DNA of 64,000 nucleotides, from assembly GCF_056712565.1 (NCBI RefSeq), contig NZ_CM160072.1. The stretch is one strand, 5' to 3'. Both the position numbers and the translations under genes were made by a program. The first letter of the stretch is position 1. Every line of letters starts with the position of its first letter. Positions 42,079-54,939 of this stretch are shown here, one piece after another. Below the pieces are notes generated by a model. That model saw only the letters and a list, made by a program, of their open reading frames with translations. It was not told where the DNA came from and ran no database searches.

Positions 42079-43071
42079 ATGCGACATAGCGTACTTTTTG
42101 CGACAGCGTTTGCCACGCTTATCTCTACACAAACTTTTGCTGCCGACCTGCCGGGCAAAGGCATTACTGTTAATCCGGTTCAGAGCACCATCACCGAAGA
42201 AACTTTCCAGACGCTGCTGGTCAGCCGCGCGCTGGAGAAATTAGGTTATACCGTCAATAAACCCAGCGAAGTGGATTACAACGTTGGCTACACCTCGCTT
42301 GCTTCCGGCGATGCAACCTTCACCGCAGTGAACTGGACGCCACTGCATGACAACATGTACGAAGCTGCCGGTGGCGATAAGAAATTTTATCGTGAAGGAG
42401 TATTTGTTAACGGCGCGGCACAGGGTTACCTGATCGATAAGAAAACCGCCGACCAGTATAAAATTACCAACATCGCGCAACTTAAAGATCCGAAGATCGC
42501 CAAACTGTTCGATACCAACGGCGACGGTAAAGCGGATTTAACCGGCTGTAACCCAGGCTGGGGCTGCGAAGGTGCGATCAACCACCAGCTTGCCGCGTAT
42601 GGACTGACCAATACCGTGACGCATAATCAGGGGAACTACGCAGCGATGATGGCTGACACCATCAGTCGTTACAAAGAGGGTAAGCCGGTGTTTTACTACA
42701 CCTGGACGCCGTACTGGGTGAGTAACGAACTGAAACCGGGGAAAGATGTGGTCTGGTTGCAGGTGCCGTTCTCCGCACTGCCGGGCGATAAAAATGCCGA
42801 TACCAAACTGCCGAATGGCGCGAATTACGGCTTCCCGGTCAGTACCATGCATATCGTTGCCAACAAAGCCTGGGCCGAGAAAAACCCGGCAGCAGCGAAA
42901 CTGTTTGCCATTATGCAGTTACCAGTGGCTGATATTAACGCCCAGAACGCCATCATGCATGACGGCAAAGCCTCAGAAGACGATATTCAGGGCCACGTTG
43001 ATGGTTGGATCAAAGCCCACCAGCAGCAGTTCGATGGCTGGGTGAATGAAGCGCTGGCAGCGCAGAAGTAA
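42079..43071 (+). CDS. proX: Glycine betaine/proline periplasmic binding protein
   Basis: 330 aa from [21 protein letters not shown] (signal peptide). Confidence 0.95.
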   Translation: MRHSVLFATAFATLISTQTFAADLPGKGITVNPVQSTITEETFQTLLVSRALEKLGYTVNKPSEVDYNVGYTSLASGDATFTAVNWTPLHDNMYEAAGGDKKFYREGVFVNGAAQGYLIDKKTADQYKITNIAQLKDPKIAKLFDTNGDGKADLTGCNPGWGCEGAINHQLAAYGLTNTVTHNQGNYAAMMADTISRYKEGKPVFYYTWTPYWVSNELKPGKDVVWLQVPFSALPGDKNADTKLPNGANYGFPVSTMHIVANKAWAEKNPAAAKLFAIMQLPVADINAQNAIMHDGKASEDDIQGHVDGWIKAHQQQFDGWVNEALAAQK

Positions 43072-43077
43072 TTTTTA

Positions 43078-43160
43078 TTCGGGCGGATAAGGCGTTTTTG
43101 CCTCATCCGCCGCTCTGTACACAATGCCTGATGCGACGCTGGCGCGTCTTATCATACCTA
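43078..43160. repeat. REP element downstream of proX
   Basis: GCCTGATGCGACGCTGGCGCGTCTTATCA-type imperfect palindrome. Confidence 0.5.
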
Positions 43161-43262
43161 CAAACCACACCGCACATTTCAACAATCTATCTTTCATCCC
43201 ATATTCATCAACATCCGCTATTATTGATTTCCAGCTTAATCATCACCTGATGAACAAAAATA

Positions 43263-44447
43263 ATGACTAAACCTAATCATGAGCTTAGCCCGGCGCTGAT
43301 CGTGCTGATGTCTATCGCCACCGGTCTGGCGGTAGCCAGTAACTATTACGCCCAGCCATTGCTCGACACCATCGCGCGTAACTTTTCCCTTTCCGCCAGT
43401 TCGGCAGGCTTTATTGTTACCGCCGCGCAGTTGGGCTATGCCGCAGGTCTGCTGTTTCTTGTTCCCCTCGGTGATATGTTTGAACGCCGCCGCCTGATTG
43501 TCTCGATGACCTTACTGGCAGCAGGCGGCATGTTAATCACTGCCAGCAGTCAGTCGCTGGCGATGATGATCCTCGGTACAGCATTAACCGGTTTATTTTC
43601 AGTCGTGGCACAAATTCTGGTTCCACTGGCAGCGACGCTGGCTTCACCGGACAAACGCGGCAAAGTGGTTGGCACCATTATGAGCGGTCTGCTATTGGGG
43701 ATCTTACTCGCACGGACCGTTGCCGGATTGCTGGCGAATCTCGGCGGCTGGCGCACCGTCTTTTGGGTTGCTTCGATGTTAATGGCACTGATGGCGCTGG
43801 CATTATGGCGTGGTCTGCCACAAATGAAATCAGAAACCCACCTCAACTACCCACAGTTGTTGGGTTCCGTTTTCAGCATGTTTATCAGCAATAAGATCCT
43901 GCGCACCCGCGCGTTGCTGGGCTGCCTGACCTTTGCCAACTTCAGCATTCTCTGGACCTCAATGGCCTTTTTGCTTGCCGCTCCACCTTTTAACTACAGC
44001 GATGGTGTAATTGGTCTGTTTGGGCTTGCGGGAGCTGCCGGAGCGTTGGGCGCTCGTCCGGCGGGCGGTTTTGCCGATAAGGGCAAATCGCACCACACCA
44101 CAACTTTCGGTCTGCTGCTGCTGTTACTTTCATGGCTGGCAATCTGGTTTGGTCACACTTCCGTACTGGCGCTGATTATCGGCATCCTGGTGCTGGACCT
44201 CACCGTGCAGGGCGTGCATATCACTAACCAGACGGTAATTTATCGAATACACCCTGATGCGCGTAATCGCCTGACCGCAGGTTACATGACCAGCTACTTT
44301 ATTGGCGGTGCCGCTGGTTCGCTAATTTCAGCCTCAGCCTGGCAACATGGCGGTTGGGCTGGCGTGTGTCTGGCTGGCGCGACGATTGCCCTGGTTAACT
44401 TACTGGTCTGGTGGCGAGGTTTTCATCGTCAGGAAGCCGCAAATTAA
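43263..44447 (+). CDS. ygaY: MFS transporter YgaY (intact here)
   Basis: 394 aa with about 12 TM segments; I recall this locus as a pseudogene in K-12. Confidence 0.8.
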   Translation: MTKPNHELSPALIVLMSIATGLAVASNYYAQPLLDTIARNFSLSASSAGFIVTAAQLGYAAGLLFLVPLGDMFERRRLIVSMTLLAAGGMLITASSQSLAMMILGTALTGLFSVVAQILVPLAATLASPDKRGKVVGTIMSGLLLGILLARTVAGLLANLGGWRTVFWVASMLMALMALALWRGLPQMKSETHLNYPQLLGSVFSMFISNKILRTRALLGCLTFANFSILWTSMAFLLAAPPFNYSDGVIGLFGLAGAAGALGARPAGGFADKGKSHHTTTFGLLLLLLSWLAIWFGHTSVLALIIGILVLDLTVQGVHITNQTVIYRIHPDARNRLTAGYMTSYFIGGAAGSLISASAWQHGGWAGVCLAGATIALVNLLVWWRGFHRQEAAN

Positions 44448-44570
44448 GCAATCAGCAACCGTTTTCGTGGCTTTACACTTATAAGGGTGTTAAGAAGCCC
44501 ATCAGTCTGATAAGGTTAAGATATTCATTCAGTCTATTTATAATATTAACAATCGTTAAGCGTACACTCT

Positions 44571-45308
44571 ATGGAAAGCCCTACTCCACAGCCTGCTCCT
44601 GGTTCGGCGACCTTCATGGAAGGATGCAAAGACAGTTTACCGATTGTTATTAGTTATATTCCGGTGGCCTTTGCGTTCGGTCTGAATGCGACCCGTCTGG
44701 GATTCTCTCCTCTCGAAAGCGTTTTTTTCTCCTGCATCATTTATGCAGGCGCGAGCCAGTTCGTCATTACCGCGATGCTGGCAGCCGGGAGTAGTTTGTG
44801 GATTGCTGCACTGACCGTCATGGCAATGGATGTTCGCCATGTTTTGTATGGCCCGTCACTGCGTAGCCGTATTATTCAGCGTCTGCAAAAATCGAAAACC
44901 GCCCTGTGGGCATTTGGCCTGACGGATGAGGTTTTTGCCGCCGCAACCGCAAAACTGGTACGCAATAATCGCCGCTGGAGCGAGAACTGGATGATCGGCA
45001 TTGCCTTCAGTTCATGGTCATCGTGGGTATTTGGTACGGTAATAGGGGCATTCTCCGGCAGCGGCTTGCTGCAAGGATATCCCGCCGTTGAAGCTGCATT
45101 AGGTTTTATGCTTCCGGCACTCTTTATGAGTTTCCTGCTCGCCTCTTTCCAGCGCAAACAATCTCTTTGCGTTACCGCAGCGTTAGTTGGTGCCCTTGCA
45201 GGCGTAACGCTATTTTCTATTCCCGTCGCCATTCTGGCAGGCATTGTCTGTGGCTGCCTCACTGCGTTAATCCAGGCATTCTGGCAAGGAGCGCCCGATG
45301 AGCTATGA
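44571..45308 (+). CDS. ygaZ: L-valine exporter subunit YgaZ (AzlC family)
   Basis: 245 aa. Confidence 0.9.
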   Translation: MESPTPQPAPGSATFMEGCKDSLPIVISYIPVAFAFGLNATRLGFSPLESVFFSCIIYAGASQFVITAMLAAGSSLWIAALTVMAMDVRHVLYGPSLRSRIIQRLQKSKTALWAFGLTDEVFAAATAKLVRNNRRWSENWMIGIAFSSWSSWVFGTVIGAFSGSGLLQGYPAVEAALGFMLPALFMSFLLASFQRKQSLCVTAALVGALAGVTLFSIPVAILAGIVCGCLTALIQAFWQGAPDEL

Positions 45309-45633
45309 GGTTCTGCTGCTTGGGTTACTGGTTAGCACGGCGAATTATTGCTTCCGCTATTTGCCGCTGCGCCTGCGTGTGGGTAATGCCCGCCCAACCA
45401 AACGTGGCGCGATAGGCATATTGCTCGACACCATTGGCATCGCCTCGATATGCGCTCTGCTGGTTGTCTCTACCGCACCAGAAGTGATGCACGATACACG
45501 CCGTTTCGTGCCCACACTGGTCGGCTTCGCGGTACTGGGTGCCAGTTTCTATAAAACACGCAGCATTATCATCCCAACACTGCTTAGTGCGCTGGCCTAT
45601 GGGCTCGCCTGGAAAGTGATGGCGATTATATAA
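45298..45633 (+). CDS. ygaH: L-valine exporter subunit YgaH (AzlD family)
   Basis: 111 aa, overlaps ygaZ stop. Confidence 0.9.
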   Translation: MSYEVLLLGLLVSTANYCFRYLPLRLRVGNARPTKRGAIGILLDTIGIASICALLVVSTAPEVMHDTRRFVPTLVGFAVLGASFYKTRSIIIPTLLSALAYGLAWKVMAII

Positions 45634-45723
45634 CCCACAAGAATCATTTTTCTAAAACAATACATTTACTTTATTTATCACTGTCGTTACTATATCGGCT
45701 GAAATTAATGAGGTCATACCCAA

Positions 45724-46254
45724 ATGGATAGTTCGTTTACGCCCATTGAACAAATGCTAAAATTTCGCGCCAGCCGCCACGAAGATTTTCCTTATCAGGA
45801 GATCCTTCTGACCCGTCTTTGCATGCATATGCAAAGCAAGCTGCTGGAAAACCGCAATAAAATGCTGAAGGCTCAGGGGATTAACGAGACGTTGTTTATG
45901 GCGTTGATTACGCTGGAGTCTCAGGAAAACCACAGTATTCAGCCTTCTGAATTGAGTTGTGCTCTTGGATCATCCCGTACCAACGCGACGCGTATTGCCG
46001 ATGAACTGGAAAAACGCGGTTGGATCGAACGTCGTGAAAGCGATAACGATCGCCGCTGCCTGCATCTGCAATTAACGGAAAAAGGTCACGAGTTTTTGCG
46101 CGAGGTTTTACCGCCGCAGCATAACTGCCTGCATCAACTCTGGTCCGCGCTCAGCACAACAGAAAAAGACCAGCTCGAGCAAATCACCCGCAAATTGCTC
46201 TCCCGTCTCGACCAGATGGAACAAGACGGTGTGGTTCTCGAAGCGATGAGCTAA
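45724..46254 (+). CDS. mprA: MarR-family repressor MprA (EmrR)
   Basis: 176 aa upstream of emrAB. Confidence 0.95.
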
Positions 46255-46380
46255 CGCGTCATCTCGCTCAAAAATCCAGATTTATAAAAGAAAAAATGAC
46301 TGGCCAGCATCGCAACATGCTGGCCTTTTTGGCAAGCAGGTCGGCTCAGCCGATGAGTTAAGAAGATCGTGGAGAACAAT

Positions 46381-47553
46381 ATGAGCGCAAATGCGGAGAC
46401 TCAAACCCCGCAGCAACCTGTAAAGAAGAGCGGCAAACGTAAGCGTCTGCTCCTCCTTCTCACCTTGCTCTTTATAATTATTGCCGTAGCGATAGGGATT
46501 TATTGGTTTTTAGTACTGCGTCATTTCGAAGAAACCGATGACGCATACGTGGCAGGGAATCAGATTCAAATTATGTCTCAGGTGTCTGGCAGCGTGACGA
46601 AAGTCTGGGCTGATAACACCGATTTTGTAAAAGAAGGCGACGTGCTGGTCACTCTCGACCCGACAGATGCTCGCCAGGCATTTGAAAAAGCCAAAACTGC
46701 ACTGGCTTCCAGCGTTCGCCAAACCCACCAGCTGATGATTAACAGCAAACAGTTGCAGGCGAATATTGAGGTGCAAAAAATCGCCCTCGCGAAAGCACAA
46801 AGCGACTACAACCGCCGTGTGCCGCTGGGCAATGCCAACCTGATTGGTCGCGAAGAGCTGCAACACGCCCGCGACGCCGTCACCAGTGCCCAGGCGCAAC
46901 TGGACGTCGCTATTCAACAATACAATGCCAATCAGGCGATGATTCTGGGGACGAAACTGGAAGATCAGCCTGCCGTACAACAGGCTGCCACCGAAGTACG
47001 TAACGCCTGGCTGGCGCTGGAGCGTACCCGTATTGTCAGTCCGATGACCGGTTATGTCTCCCGCCGCGCGGTACAGCCTGGGGCGCAAATTAGCCCAACG
47101 ACGCCGCTGATGGCGGTCGTTCCAGCCACCAATATGTGGGTGGATGCCAACTTTAAAGAGACGCAGATTGCCAATATGCGTATCGGTCAGCCGGTCACCA
47201 TCACCACCGATATTTACGGCGATGATGTGAAATACACCGGTAAAGTGGTTGGTCTGGATATGGGCACAGGTAGCGCGTTCTCACTGCTTCCGGCGCAAAA
47301 CGCCACCGGTAACTGGATCAAAGTCGTTCAGCGTCTGCCTGTGCGTATTGAACTGGACCAGAAACAGCTGGAGCAATACCCGCTGCGTATCGGTTTATCC
47401 ACGCTGGTGAGTGTCAATACCACTAACCGTGACGGTCAGGTACTGGCAAATAAAGTACGTTCCACACCGGTCGCGGTAAGCACCGCGCGTGAAATCAGCC
47501 TGGCACCTGTCAATAAACTGATCGACGATATCGTAAAAGCTAACGCTGGCTAA
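46381..47553 (+). CDS. emrA: Multidrug efflux membrane fusion protein EmrA
   Basis: 390 aa from MSANAETQTPQQP. Confidence 0.95.
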   Translation: MSANAETQTPQQPVKKSGKRKRLLLLLTLLFIIIAVAIGIYWFLVLRHFEETDDAYVAGNQIQIMSQVSGSVTKVWADNTDFVKEGDVLVTLDPTDARQAFEKAKTALASSVRQTHQLMINSKQLQANIEVQKIALAKAQSDYNRRVPLGNANLIGREELQHARDAVTSAQAQLDVAIQQYNANQAMILGTKLEDQPAVQQAATEVRNAWLALERTRIVSPMTGYVSRRAVQPGAQISPTTPLMAVVPATNMWVDANFKETQIANMRIGQPVTITTDIYGDDVKYTGKVVGLDMGTGSAFSLLPAQNATGNWIKVVQRLPVRIELDQKQLEQYPLRIGLSTLVSVNTTNRDGQVLANKVRSTPVAVSTAREISLAPVNKLIDDIVKANAG

Positions 47554-47569
47554 TCCAGAGGTGCGTGTG

Positions 47570-49108
47570 ATGCAACAGCAAAAACCGCTGGAAGGCGCAC
47601 AACTGGTCATTATGACGATTGCGCTGTCACTGGCGACATTCATGCAGGTGCTGGACTCCACCATTGCTAACGTGGCGATCCCCACTATCGCCGGGAATCT
47701 GGGCTCATCACTCAGTCAGGGAACGTGGGTGATCACTTCTTTCGGGGTGGCGAATGCCATCTCGATCCCGCTTACCGGCTGGCTGGCAAAGCGCGTCGGG
47801 GAAGTGAAATTGTTCCTCTGGTCAACCATCGCCTTTGCTATTGCGTCGTGGGCGTGTGGTGTCTCCAGCAGCCTGAATATGCTGATCTTCTTCCGCGTGA
47901 TTCAGGGGATTGTCGCCGGGCCGCTGATCCCGCTTTCACAAAGTCTATTGCTGAATAACTACCCGCCAGCCAAACGCTCGATCGCGCTGGCGTTGTGGTC
48001 GATGACGGTGATTGTTGCACCAATTTGCGGCCCGATCCTCGGCGGTTATATCAGTGATAATTACCACTGGGGCTGGATATTCTTCATCAACGTGCCGATT
48101 GGCGTGGCGGTGGTGTTGATGACACTGCAAACTCTGCGCGGACGTGAAACCCGCACCGAACGGCGGCGGATTGATGCCGTGGGGCTGGCACTGCTGGTTA
48201 TTGGTATCGGCAGCCTGCAGATTATGCTCGACCGCGGTAAAGAGCTGGACTGGTTCTCATCACAGGAAATTATCATCCTCACCGTGGTGGCGGTGGTGGC
48301 TATCTGCTTCCTGATTGTCTGGGAGCTGACCGACGATAACCCGATAGTCGATCTGTCGTTGTTTAAGTCGCGCAACTTCACCATCGGCTGCTTGTGTATC
48401 AGCCTCGCGTATATGCTCTACTTCGGCGCGATTGTTCTGCTGCCGCAGTTGTTGCAGGAGGTCTACGGTTACACGGCGACGTGGGCAGGGCTGGCCTCTG
48501 CGCCGGTAGGGATTATTCCGGTGATCCTGTCGCCGATTATCGGCCGCTTTGCGCATAAACTGGATATGCGCCGACTGGTAACCTTCAGCTTTATTATGTA
48601 TGCCGTCTGCTTCTACTGGCGTGCCTATACCTTTGAACCGGGTATGGATTTTGGCGCGTCGGCCTGGCCACAGTTTATCCAGGGTTTTGCGGTGGCCTGC
48701 TTCTTTATGCCGCTGACCACCATTACGCTGTCCGGTTTGCCACCGGAACGACTGGCGGCGGCATCGAGCCTCTCCAACTTTACGCGAACGCTGGCGGGGT
48801 CTATCGGCACGTCGATAACCACGACCATGTGGACCAACCGCGAGTCACTGCACCATGCACAGTTGACTGAGTCGGTAAACCCGTTCAACCCGAATGCTCA
48901 GGCGATGTACAGTCAACTGGAAGGGCTTGGTATGACGCAACAGCAGGCATCAGGCTGGATTGCCCAGCAGATCACCAATCAGGGGCTGATTATTTCCGCC
49001 AATGAGATCTTCTGGATGTCAGCCGGGATATTCCTCGTCTTGCTGGGGCTGGTGTGGTTTGCTAAACCGCCCTTTGGCGCAGGTGGCGGCGGAGGCGGTG
49101 CGCACTAA
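47570..49108 (+). CDS. emrB: Multidrug efflux MFS transporter EmrB
   Basis: 512 aa from MQQQKPLEGAQL. Confidence 0.95.
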   Translation: MQQQKPLEGAQLVIMTIALSLATFMQVLDSTIANVAIPTIAGNLGSSLSQGTWVITSFGVANAISIPLTGWLAKRVGEVKLFLWSTIAFAIASWACGVSSSLNMLIFFRVIQGIVAGPLIPLSQSLLLNNYPPAKRSIALALWSMTVIVAPICGPILGGYISDNYHWGWIFFINVPIGVAVVLMTLQTLRGRETRTERRRIDAVGLALLVIGIGSLQIMLDRGKELDWFSSQEIIILTVVAVVAICFLIVWELTDDNPIVDLSLFKSRNFTIGCLCISLAYMLYFGAIVLLPQLLQEVYGYTATWAGLASAPVGIIPVILSPIIGRFAHKLDMRRLVTFSFIMYAVCFYWRAYTFEPGMDFGASAWPQFIQGFAVACFFMPLTTITLSGLPPERLAAASSLSNFTRTLAGSIGTSITTTMWTNRESLHHAQLTESVNPFNPNAQAMYSQLEGLGMTQQQASGWIAQQITNQGLIISANEIFWMSAGIFLVLLGLVWFAKPPFGAGGGGGGAH

Positions 49109-49365
49109 GGTTGTCAAAGGGAGCTGCGGCTCCCTTTTTATTTGCTCATACTGTAAACGGTTGTTTAATCCACTCATTCGGTGTATCTTTTCGCCGCCCC
49201 AAACTCTTCCATTCACCATTAACCGGTTCTGAGCATTCGCTCAGGTTGTTAATTCTCTTTTTCCTTCGCCCTCGCTTTCGCGGGTGATACTCACATTTTT
49301 CTTTTAACCCCATAACTCGCACCCTCGCGGGCGTACATTTATTACACACAAAATAATGGATTATT

Positions 49366-50073
49366 ATGAATACCCAACGGAAATACGGGAGAACCTGGCA
49401 TTATCCTTTCTCCCCTGGCACCACCAGCGATGACCGCATTAACGCCGATTACTGGCAGGATTTACAGGCCATCACGCAACTGGTGCACACAGAAAAACTC
49501 GACGGCGAAAATAACTGCCTTAACCGCTACGGCGTGTTTGCCCGTTCCCATGCTGCGCCTACGCAGTCGGCATGGACTTATAAAATTCGCCAGCGTTGGC
49601 AACTGCTGAAAAACGATCTCGGCGATCTGGAACTGTTTGGTGAAAATCTCTACGCCGTTCATTCCATTGAATACCGCGCGCTGGAACAGGACTTTTACCT
49701 GTTTGCCGTTCGCTGCCAGGATATGTGGCTGAGCTGGGAAGAGGTGCAGTTTTACGCCGCTCTGTTTGATTTCCCCTGCGTTCCCGAAATCTCCGGCCCG
49801 CAGCCGGGGAATGATGAAAAAAGCTGGCAACGTGATTTTCTGGCGCTGACCAATGCGCGCGGCACATTCGATCCCTGGGATACGCAAACCTGTCAACCCT
49901 GTACGCTGGAAGGCATTGTCAGCCGAAATCATGATGCGTTTTCTGTCGCTGACTTTTCGCATAACGTCTTCAAGTATGTGCGCAAAAATCATGTCAAAAC
50001 CACTGTGCACTGGAAACGCCACTGGCAACGGGCGCGGATGGCCCATGAGTTCGTTTATGGAGAACAGTCATGA
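49366..50073 (+). CDS. Putative ATP-dependent RNA ligase-like nucleotidyltransferase
   Basis: 235 aa with a covalent nucleotidyltransferase motif-I-like sequence ([10 protein letters not shown], KxDGxN); overlaps the next gene by 4 bp (ATGA); not in the K-12 emrB-luxS interval as I recall it. Confidence 0.55.
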   Translation: MNTQRKYGRTWHYPFSPGTTSDDRINADYWQDLQAITQLVHTEKLDGENNCLNRYGVFARSHAAPTQSAWTYKIRQRWQLLKNDLGDLELFGENLYAVHSIEYRALEQDFYLFAVRCQDMWLSWEEVQFYAALFDFPCVPEISGPQPGNDEKSWQRDFLALTNARGTFDPWDTQTCQPCTLEGIVSRNHDAFSVADFSHNVFKYVRKNHVKTTVHWKRHWQRARMAHEFVYGEQS

Positions 50074-51182
50074 TTTGGCAACTTACCGACGATAAACGCT
50101 GGTCGGCGCTACGTCAGCGTTTTAGCTGGGTTGAGGAGATGCATCACACGCCACAAGACCCTGAGCATCATGGTGAAGGCGACGTCGGCGTACATACCGA
50201 AATGGTGCTTAACGCCCTCATTACTCTGCCAGAATTCCAGCAACTCCCCGCTCAACAGCAGGAAGTTTTATGGGCGGCGGCGTTATTGCATGATGTTGAA
50301 AAGCGCAGCACTACCGTGCAGGAAAACGGACGTATTCAGTCTCCTGGTCATGCTCGTCGGGGCGAACTGACGGCCCGACAAATTTTATGGCGCGATATCC
50401 CAACGCCGTTCGTGCTGCGCGAGCAAATTGTTGCACTGGTGCGTCTGCATGGGTTACCGCTATGGTTACTGGAACGCCCGGAACCGGAGCGTTTGTTGCT
50501 CACGGCTGCAATGCGCATCGACACGCGTCTGCTCGCTTTGCTTGCTCGTGCCGATCTGCTTGGTCGCCAAAGCCCGGATCAGCAATCAATGCTGGAACGC
50601 ATCGATCTGTTCGAGCTGTTTTGCCATGAGCAACAATGCTGGGGAAAAATGCGCCCGTTCGTTTCTGATTCCGCACGCTGGCATTACCTGACCCATGAGC
50701 AAAGTTCTCCTGATTTTGTTCCCTGGGAGGCTGAACCTTTTGAGGTCATTTTGCTGTGTGGCTTACCGGGTATGGGCAAAGATCGCTATATCAATGAACA
50801 GTGCCAGGGAATGGACGTTATCAGCCTTGATGATATGCGGCGGCGAATCAATGCCAGTCCGGACGACAAAACCGCTACCGGGCGTATTGTGCAACAGGCA
50901 AAAGAAGAGGCGCGCGTTTTTTTACGCCAGAAAAAGCCGTTCATCTGGAATGCAACGAACATTACCCGCCAGCTACGCAGCCAGCTCATCAGTCTGTTTA
51001 CGGCTTACGGCGCACGAGTAAAAATCGTTTATCTGGAAGTGCCATGGGCGCAATGGAAGCAGCAAAATGCCAGACGCGAGTATGCAGTTCCTGAAGCGGT
51101 CATGATGCGGATGGCCTCAAGGCTGGAAGTTCCTCAACTTGATGAAGCACATAGCGTGGAATATCGGATGACTGACAGGTAA
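50070..51182 (+). CDS. HD-domain phosphohydrolase fused to a P-loop kinase-like domain
   Basis: 370 aa; N-terminal H...HD signature ([21 protein letters not shown]) and C-terminal Walker-A-like GLPGMGKD (lysine followed by D rather than S/T). Confidence 0.55.
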   Translation: MIWQLTDDKRWSALRQRFSWVEEMHHTPQDPEHHGEGDVGVHTEMVLNALITLPEFQQLPAQQQEVLWAAALLHDVEKRSTTVQENGRIQSPGHARRGELTARQILWRDIPTPFVLREQIVALVRLHGLPLWLLERPEPERLLLTAAMRIDTRLLALLARADLLGRQSPDQQSMLERIDLFELFCHEQQCWGKMRPFVSDSARWHYLTHEQSSPDFVPWEAEPFEVILLCGLPGMGKDRYINEQCQGMDVISLDDMRRRINASPDDKTATGRIVQQAKEEARVFLRQKKPFIWNATNITRQLRSQLISLFTAYGARVKIVYLEVPWAQWKQQNARREYAVPEAVMMRMASRLEVPQLDEAHSVEYRMTDR

Positions 51183-51232
51183 CAAAAGCCGGGCGGTGTT
51201 TTCACCAGCCCGGCCTCTTCTGCTTAAACTGA

Positions 51233-51748
51233 CTAAATGTGCAGTTCCTGCAACTTCTCTTTCGGCAGCGCCAGTTCTTCGTTGCTGTTGATGCGCACGT
51301 CACGTTCCAGAATGCTACGCGCAATATCCTGCGCTTCCTGCAACGAGTGCATCTGGTAAGTGCCACACTGGTAGACGTTCAGTTCCGGGATCTGATTCTG
51401 ATCCTGCACTTTCAGCACGTCTTCCATTGCCGCTTTCCAGGCATCAGCGACACGCTGCTCATCTGGCGTACCAATCAGACTCATATAAAAACCGGTGCGG
51501 CAGCCCATTGGCGAGATATCGATAATCTCTACGCCATTACCGTTAAGATGGTTACGCATAAAACCAGCAAACAGGTGCTCCAGGGTATGGATCCCTCTTT
51601 CTGGCATCACTTCTTTGTTCGGCACGCAGAAGCGCAGATCGAACACGGTGATTGCGTCGCCATGCGGGGTGTTCATTGTTTTTGCCACCCGAACTGCAGG
51701 CGCTTCCATCCGGGTATGATCGACTGTGAAGCTATCTAACAACGGCAT
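51233..51748 (-). CDS. luxS: S-ribosylhomocysteine lyase (AI-2 synthase)
   Basis: 171 aa. Confidence 0.95.
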
Positions 51749-51816
51749 TTAGCCACCTCCGGTAATTTTTTTAAAAATTTTCTGAACTCTTTGTTCCCAG
51801 GCGAGTCTGAGTATAT

Positions 51817-51889
51817 GAAAGACGCGCATTTGTTATCATCATCCCTGAATTCAGAGATGAAATTTTGGCCACTCACGAGTGGCCTTTTT
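51817..51889 (+). ncRNA. micA: Small regulatory RNA MicA (SraD)
   Basis: GAAAGACGCGCATTTGTTATCATCATCCCTGAATTCAGAGATGAAATTTTGGCCACTCACGAGTGGCCTTTTT matches the MicA sequence I recall, including the terminator hairpin; lies between luxS and gshA. Confidence 0.85.
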
Positions 51890-51898
51890 CTTTATCTG

Positions 51899-53482
<1,584 letters not shown>

Positions 53483-53527
53483 TTAATTAGCATAACTGTA
53501 ATGGTGACCATATGTGCAGGCCTACAA

Positions 53528-53956
53528 TTAGTGCCACCACATCATGCCCTGAACGGTAGCTGCTGCAACTGCAACATAGCGTAACGCTTTACCAAGGCAC
53601 AAAAAAAAGATTACCGGTCCCCACGAGATGCGCATCCATCCCGCTAACAGACACAGTAAATCGCCAACCACGGGCATCCAGCTTAATAATAGCGTGACTG
53701 CACCATAGCGTTTCAGCCAGCCGGTAGCTTTCTCTTGCCAGCGCGATGTTTTACGCAATGGAAAGAAACGCCCAAGGATAACGTTAGTTAACCCTCCAAG
53801 GCTATTACCCATTGTTGCTGTTAAAACTAAAACCCAGGGATGACTCACTCCGGAAAGCAACATTGCCACCAGCACGACTTCGGAGTTGCCGGGTAATAGT
53901 GTAGCGCTGAGAAAACTACTGGCAAACAACGAGAAAAGCGATAACACTTCACTCAC
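53528..53956 (-). CDS. yqaA: DedA/SNARE-associated family membrane protein YqaA
   Basis: 142 aa. Confidence 0.9.
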   Translation of the reverse strand: MSEVLSLFSLFASSFLSATLLPGNSEVVLVAMLLSGVSHPWVLVLTATMGNSLGGLTNVILGRFFPLRKTSRWQEKATGWLKRYGAVTLLLSWMPVVGDLLCLLAGWMRISWGPVIFFLCLGKALRYVAVAAATVQGMMWWH

Positions 53957-54519
53957 AGCAAGCGAACATCCACGGCGTCCATGCCTGCTGCACGGGCCGC
54001 CTGAATACCGAAATCGGCATCTTCAAAGACCACACACTGCGTCGGTTGCACGCCCATACGCTGCGCGCACAACAAAAATGTGTCTGGCGCGGGTTTATGG
54101 TGTTTGACGTGATCGGCAGCGACGACGGCGTCAAAATAACGGCGTAATCCCAGGTGTGCCAGCAATGCCTCAGCGATGGCGCTTTCACTCCCCGTTCCTA
54201 CAGCCATTGGGCGACGACCATGCCAGCTTTTCACCACTTCAACAAGAGGAAGCGGCTCGACACTATCCAGCAGCATACTTCTTACTGCTTCTGTTTTTTC
54301 ACGCGCTAACGCATGCGGGTCGAGATCGGCCTGATTCAGCTCAATAATCGCCTGAGCAATACGCCAGGTGGGCGAGCCATTAAGCGCAATCATCGCCTGA
54401 ACATCGTACTGAAGACCGTAGTGCCCTAATACTTCGCGCCACGCTTTACGGTGCGTAGGCTCGGTATCCAGGATGGTGCCATCCATATCAAAAATTAAAC
54501 CTGCATAACGCTCGTACAT
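53953..54519 (-). CDS. yqaB: HAD-family sugar phosphatase YqaB
   Basis: 188 aa; HAD motif I FDMDGTILDTEPTH. Confidence 0.9.
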   Translation of the reverse strand: MYERYAGLIFDMDGTILDTEPTHRKAWREVLGHYGLQYDVQAMIALNGSPTWRIAQAIIELNQADLDPHALAREKTEAVRSMLLDSVEPLPLVEVVKSWHGRRPMAVGTGSESAIAEALLAHLGLRRYFDAVVAADHVKHHKPAPDTFLLCAQRMGVQPTQCVVFEDADFGIQAARAAGMDAVDVRLL

Positions 54520-54666
54520 GGTCTTCTCGCAAGTCGAAAAATATGACGTTACTTTAGCGTAATTGCTTGATTTTGTCGCTGATGGCGAAGGAGAAGAAAA
54601 TTCAGGAAATGGATAAAGTAGTTATTTAGAAATGAGATATTTTTGAAGGAAATTTTTTGGAGAATA

Positions 54667-54683
54667 TGGTGCATCCGGGAGGA
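54667..54683 (-). pseudogene. Truncated tRNA-Arg 3'-end fragment
   Basis: Plus-strand tggtgcatccgggagga duplicates the 3' acceptor/T-arm end of the adjacent tRNA-Arg genes (with 6 nt of shared flank) and then diverges into a GGGAGGAT...ATCCTCCC hairpin. Confidence 0.4.
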
Positions 54684-54799
54684 TGACTCACTGGCGTTCG
54701 CCCTTCGGGCCGCTGCTGGCGCAACGTTATCCTCCCTGGTGCCTGCGGTTAATACCGCTACCTCTTCGATACCTTCATTGCTGAAGGTTACGGAGAATA

Positions 54800-54876
54800 T
54801 GGTGCATCCGGGAGGATTCGAACCTCCGACCGCTCGGTTCGTAGCCGAGTACTCTATCCAGCTGAGCTACGGATGC
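54800..54876 (-). tRNA. tRNA-Arg (anticodon ACG)
   Basis: 77-nt reverse complement gives GCATCCGTAGCTCAGCTGGATAGAGTACTCGGCTACGAACCGAGCGGTCGGAGGTTCGAATCCTCCCGGATGCACCA. Confidence 0.9.
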
Positions 54877-54939
54877 ATCGGGAAAATTTATTTTACTACT
54901 GATATTGATATCGCTACTAAAGCCATATCAAGTAAGAGA

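Noticed and set aside
46510-47088. 192-aa minus-strand ORF
   Set aside because: Antisense to emrA; shadow ORF.
49462-50046. 194-aa minus-strand ORF
   Set aside because: Antisense to the RNA-ligase-like gene, which has the recognisable motif; shadow ORF.
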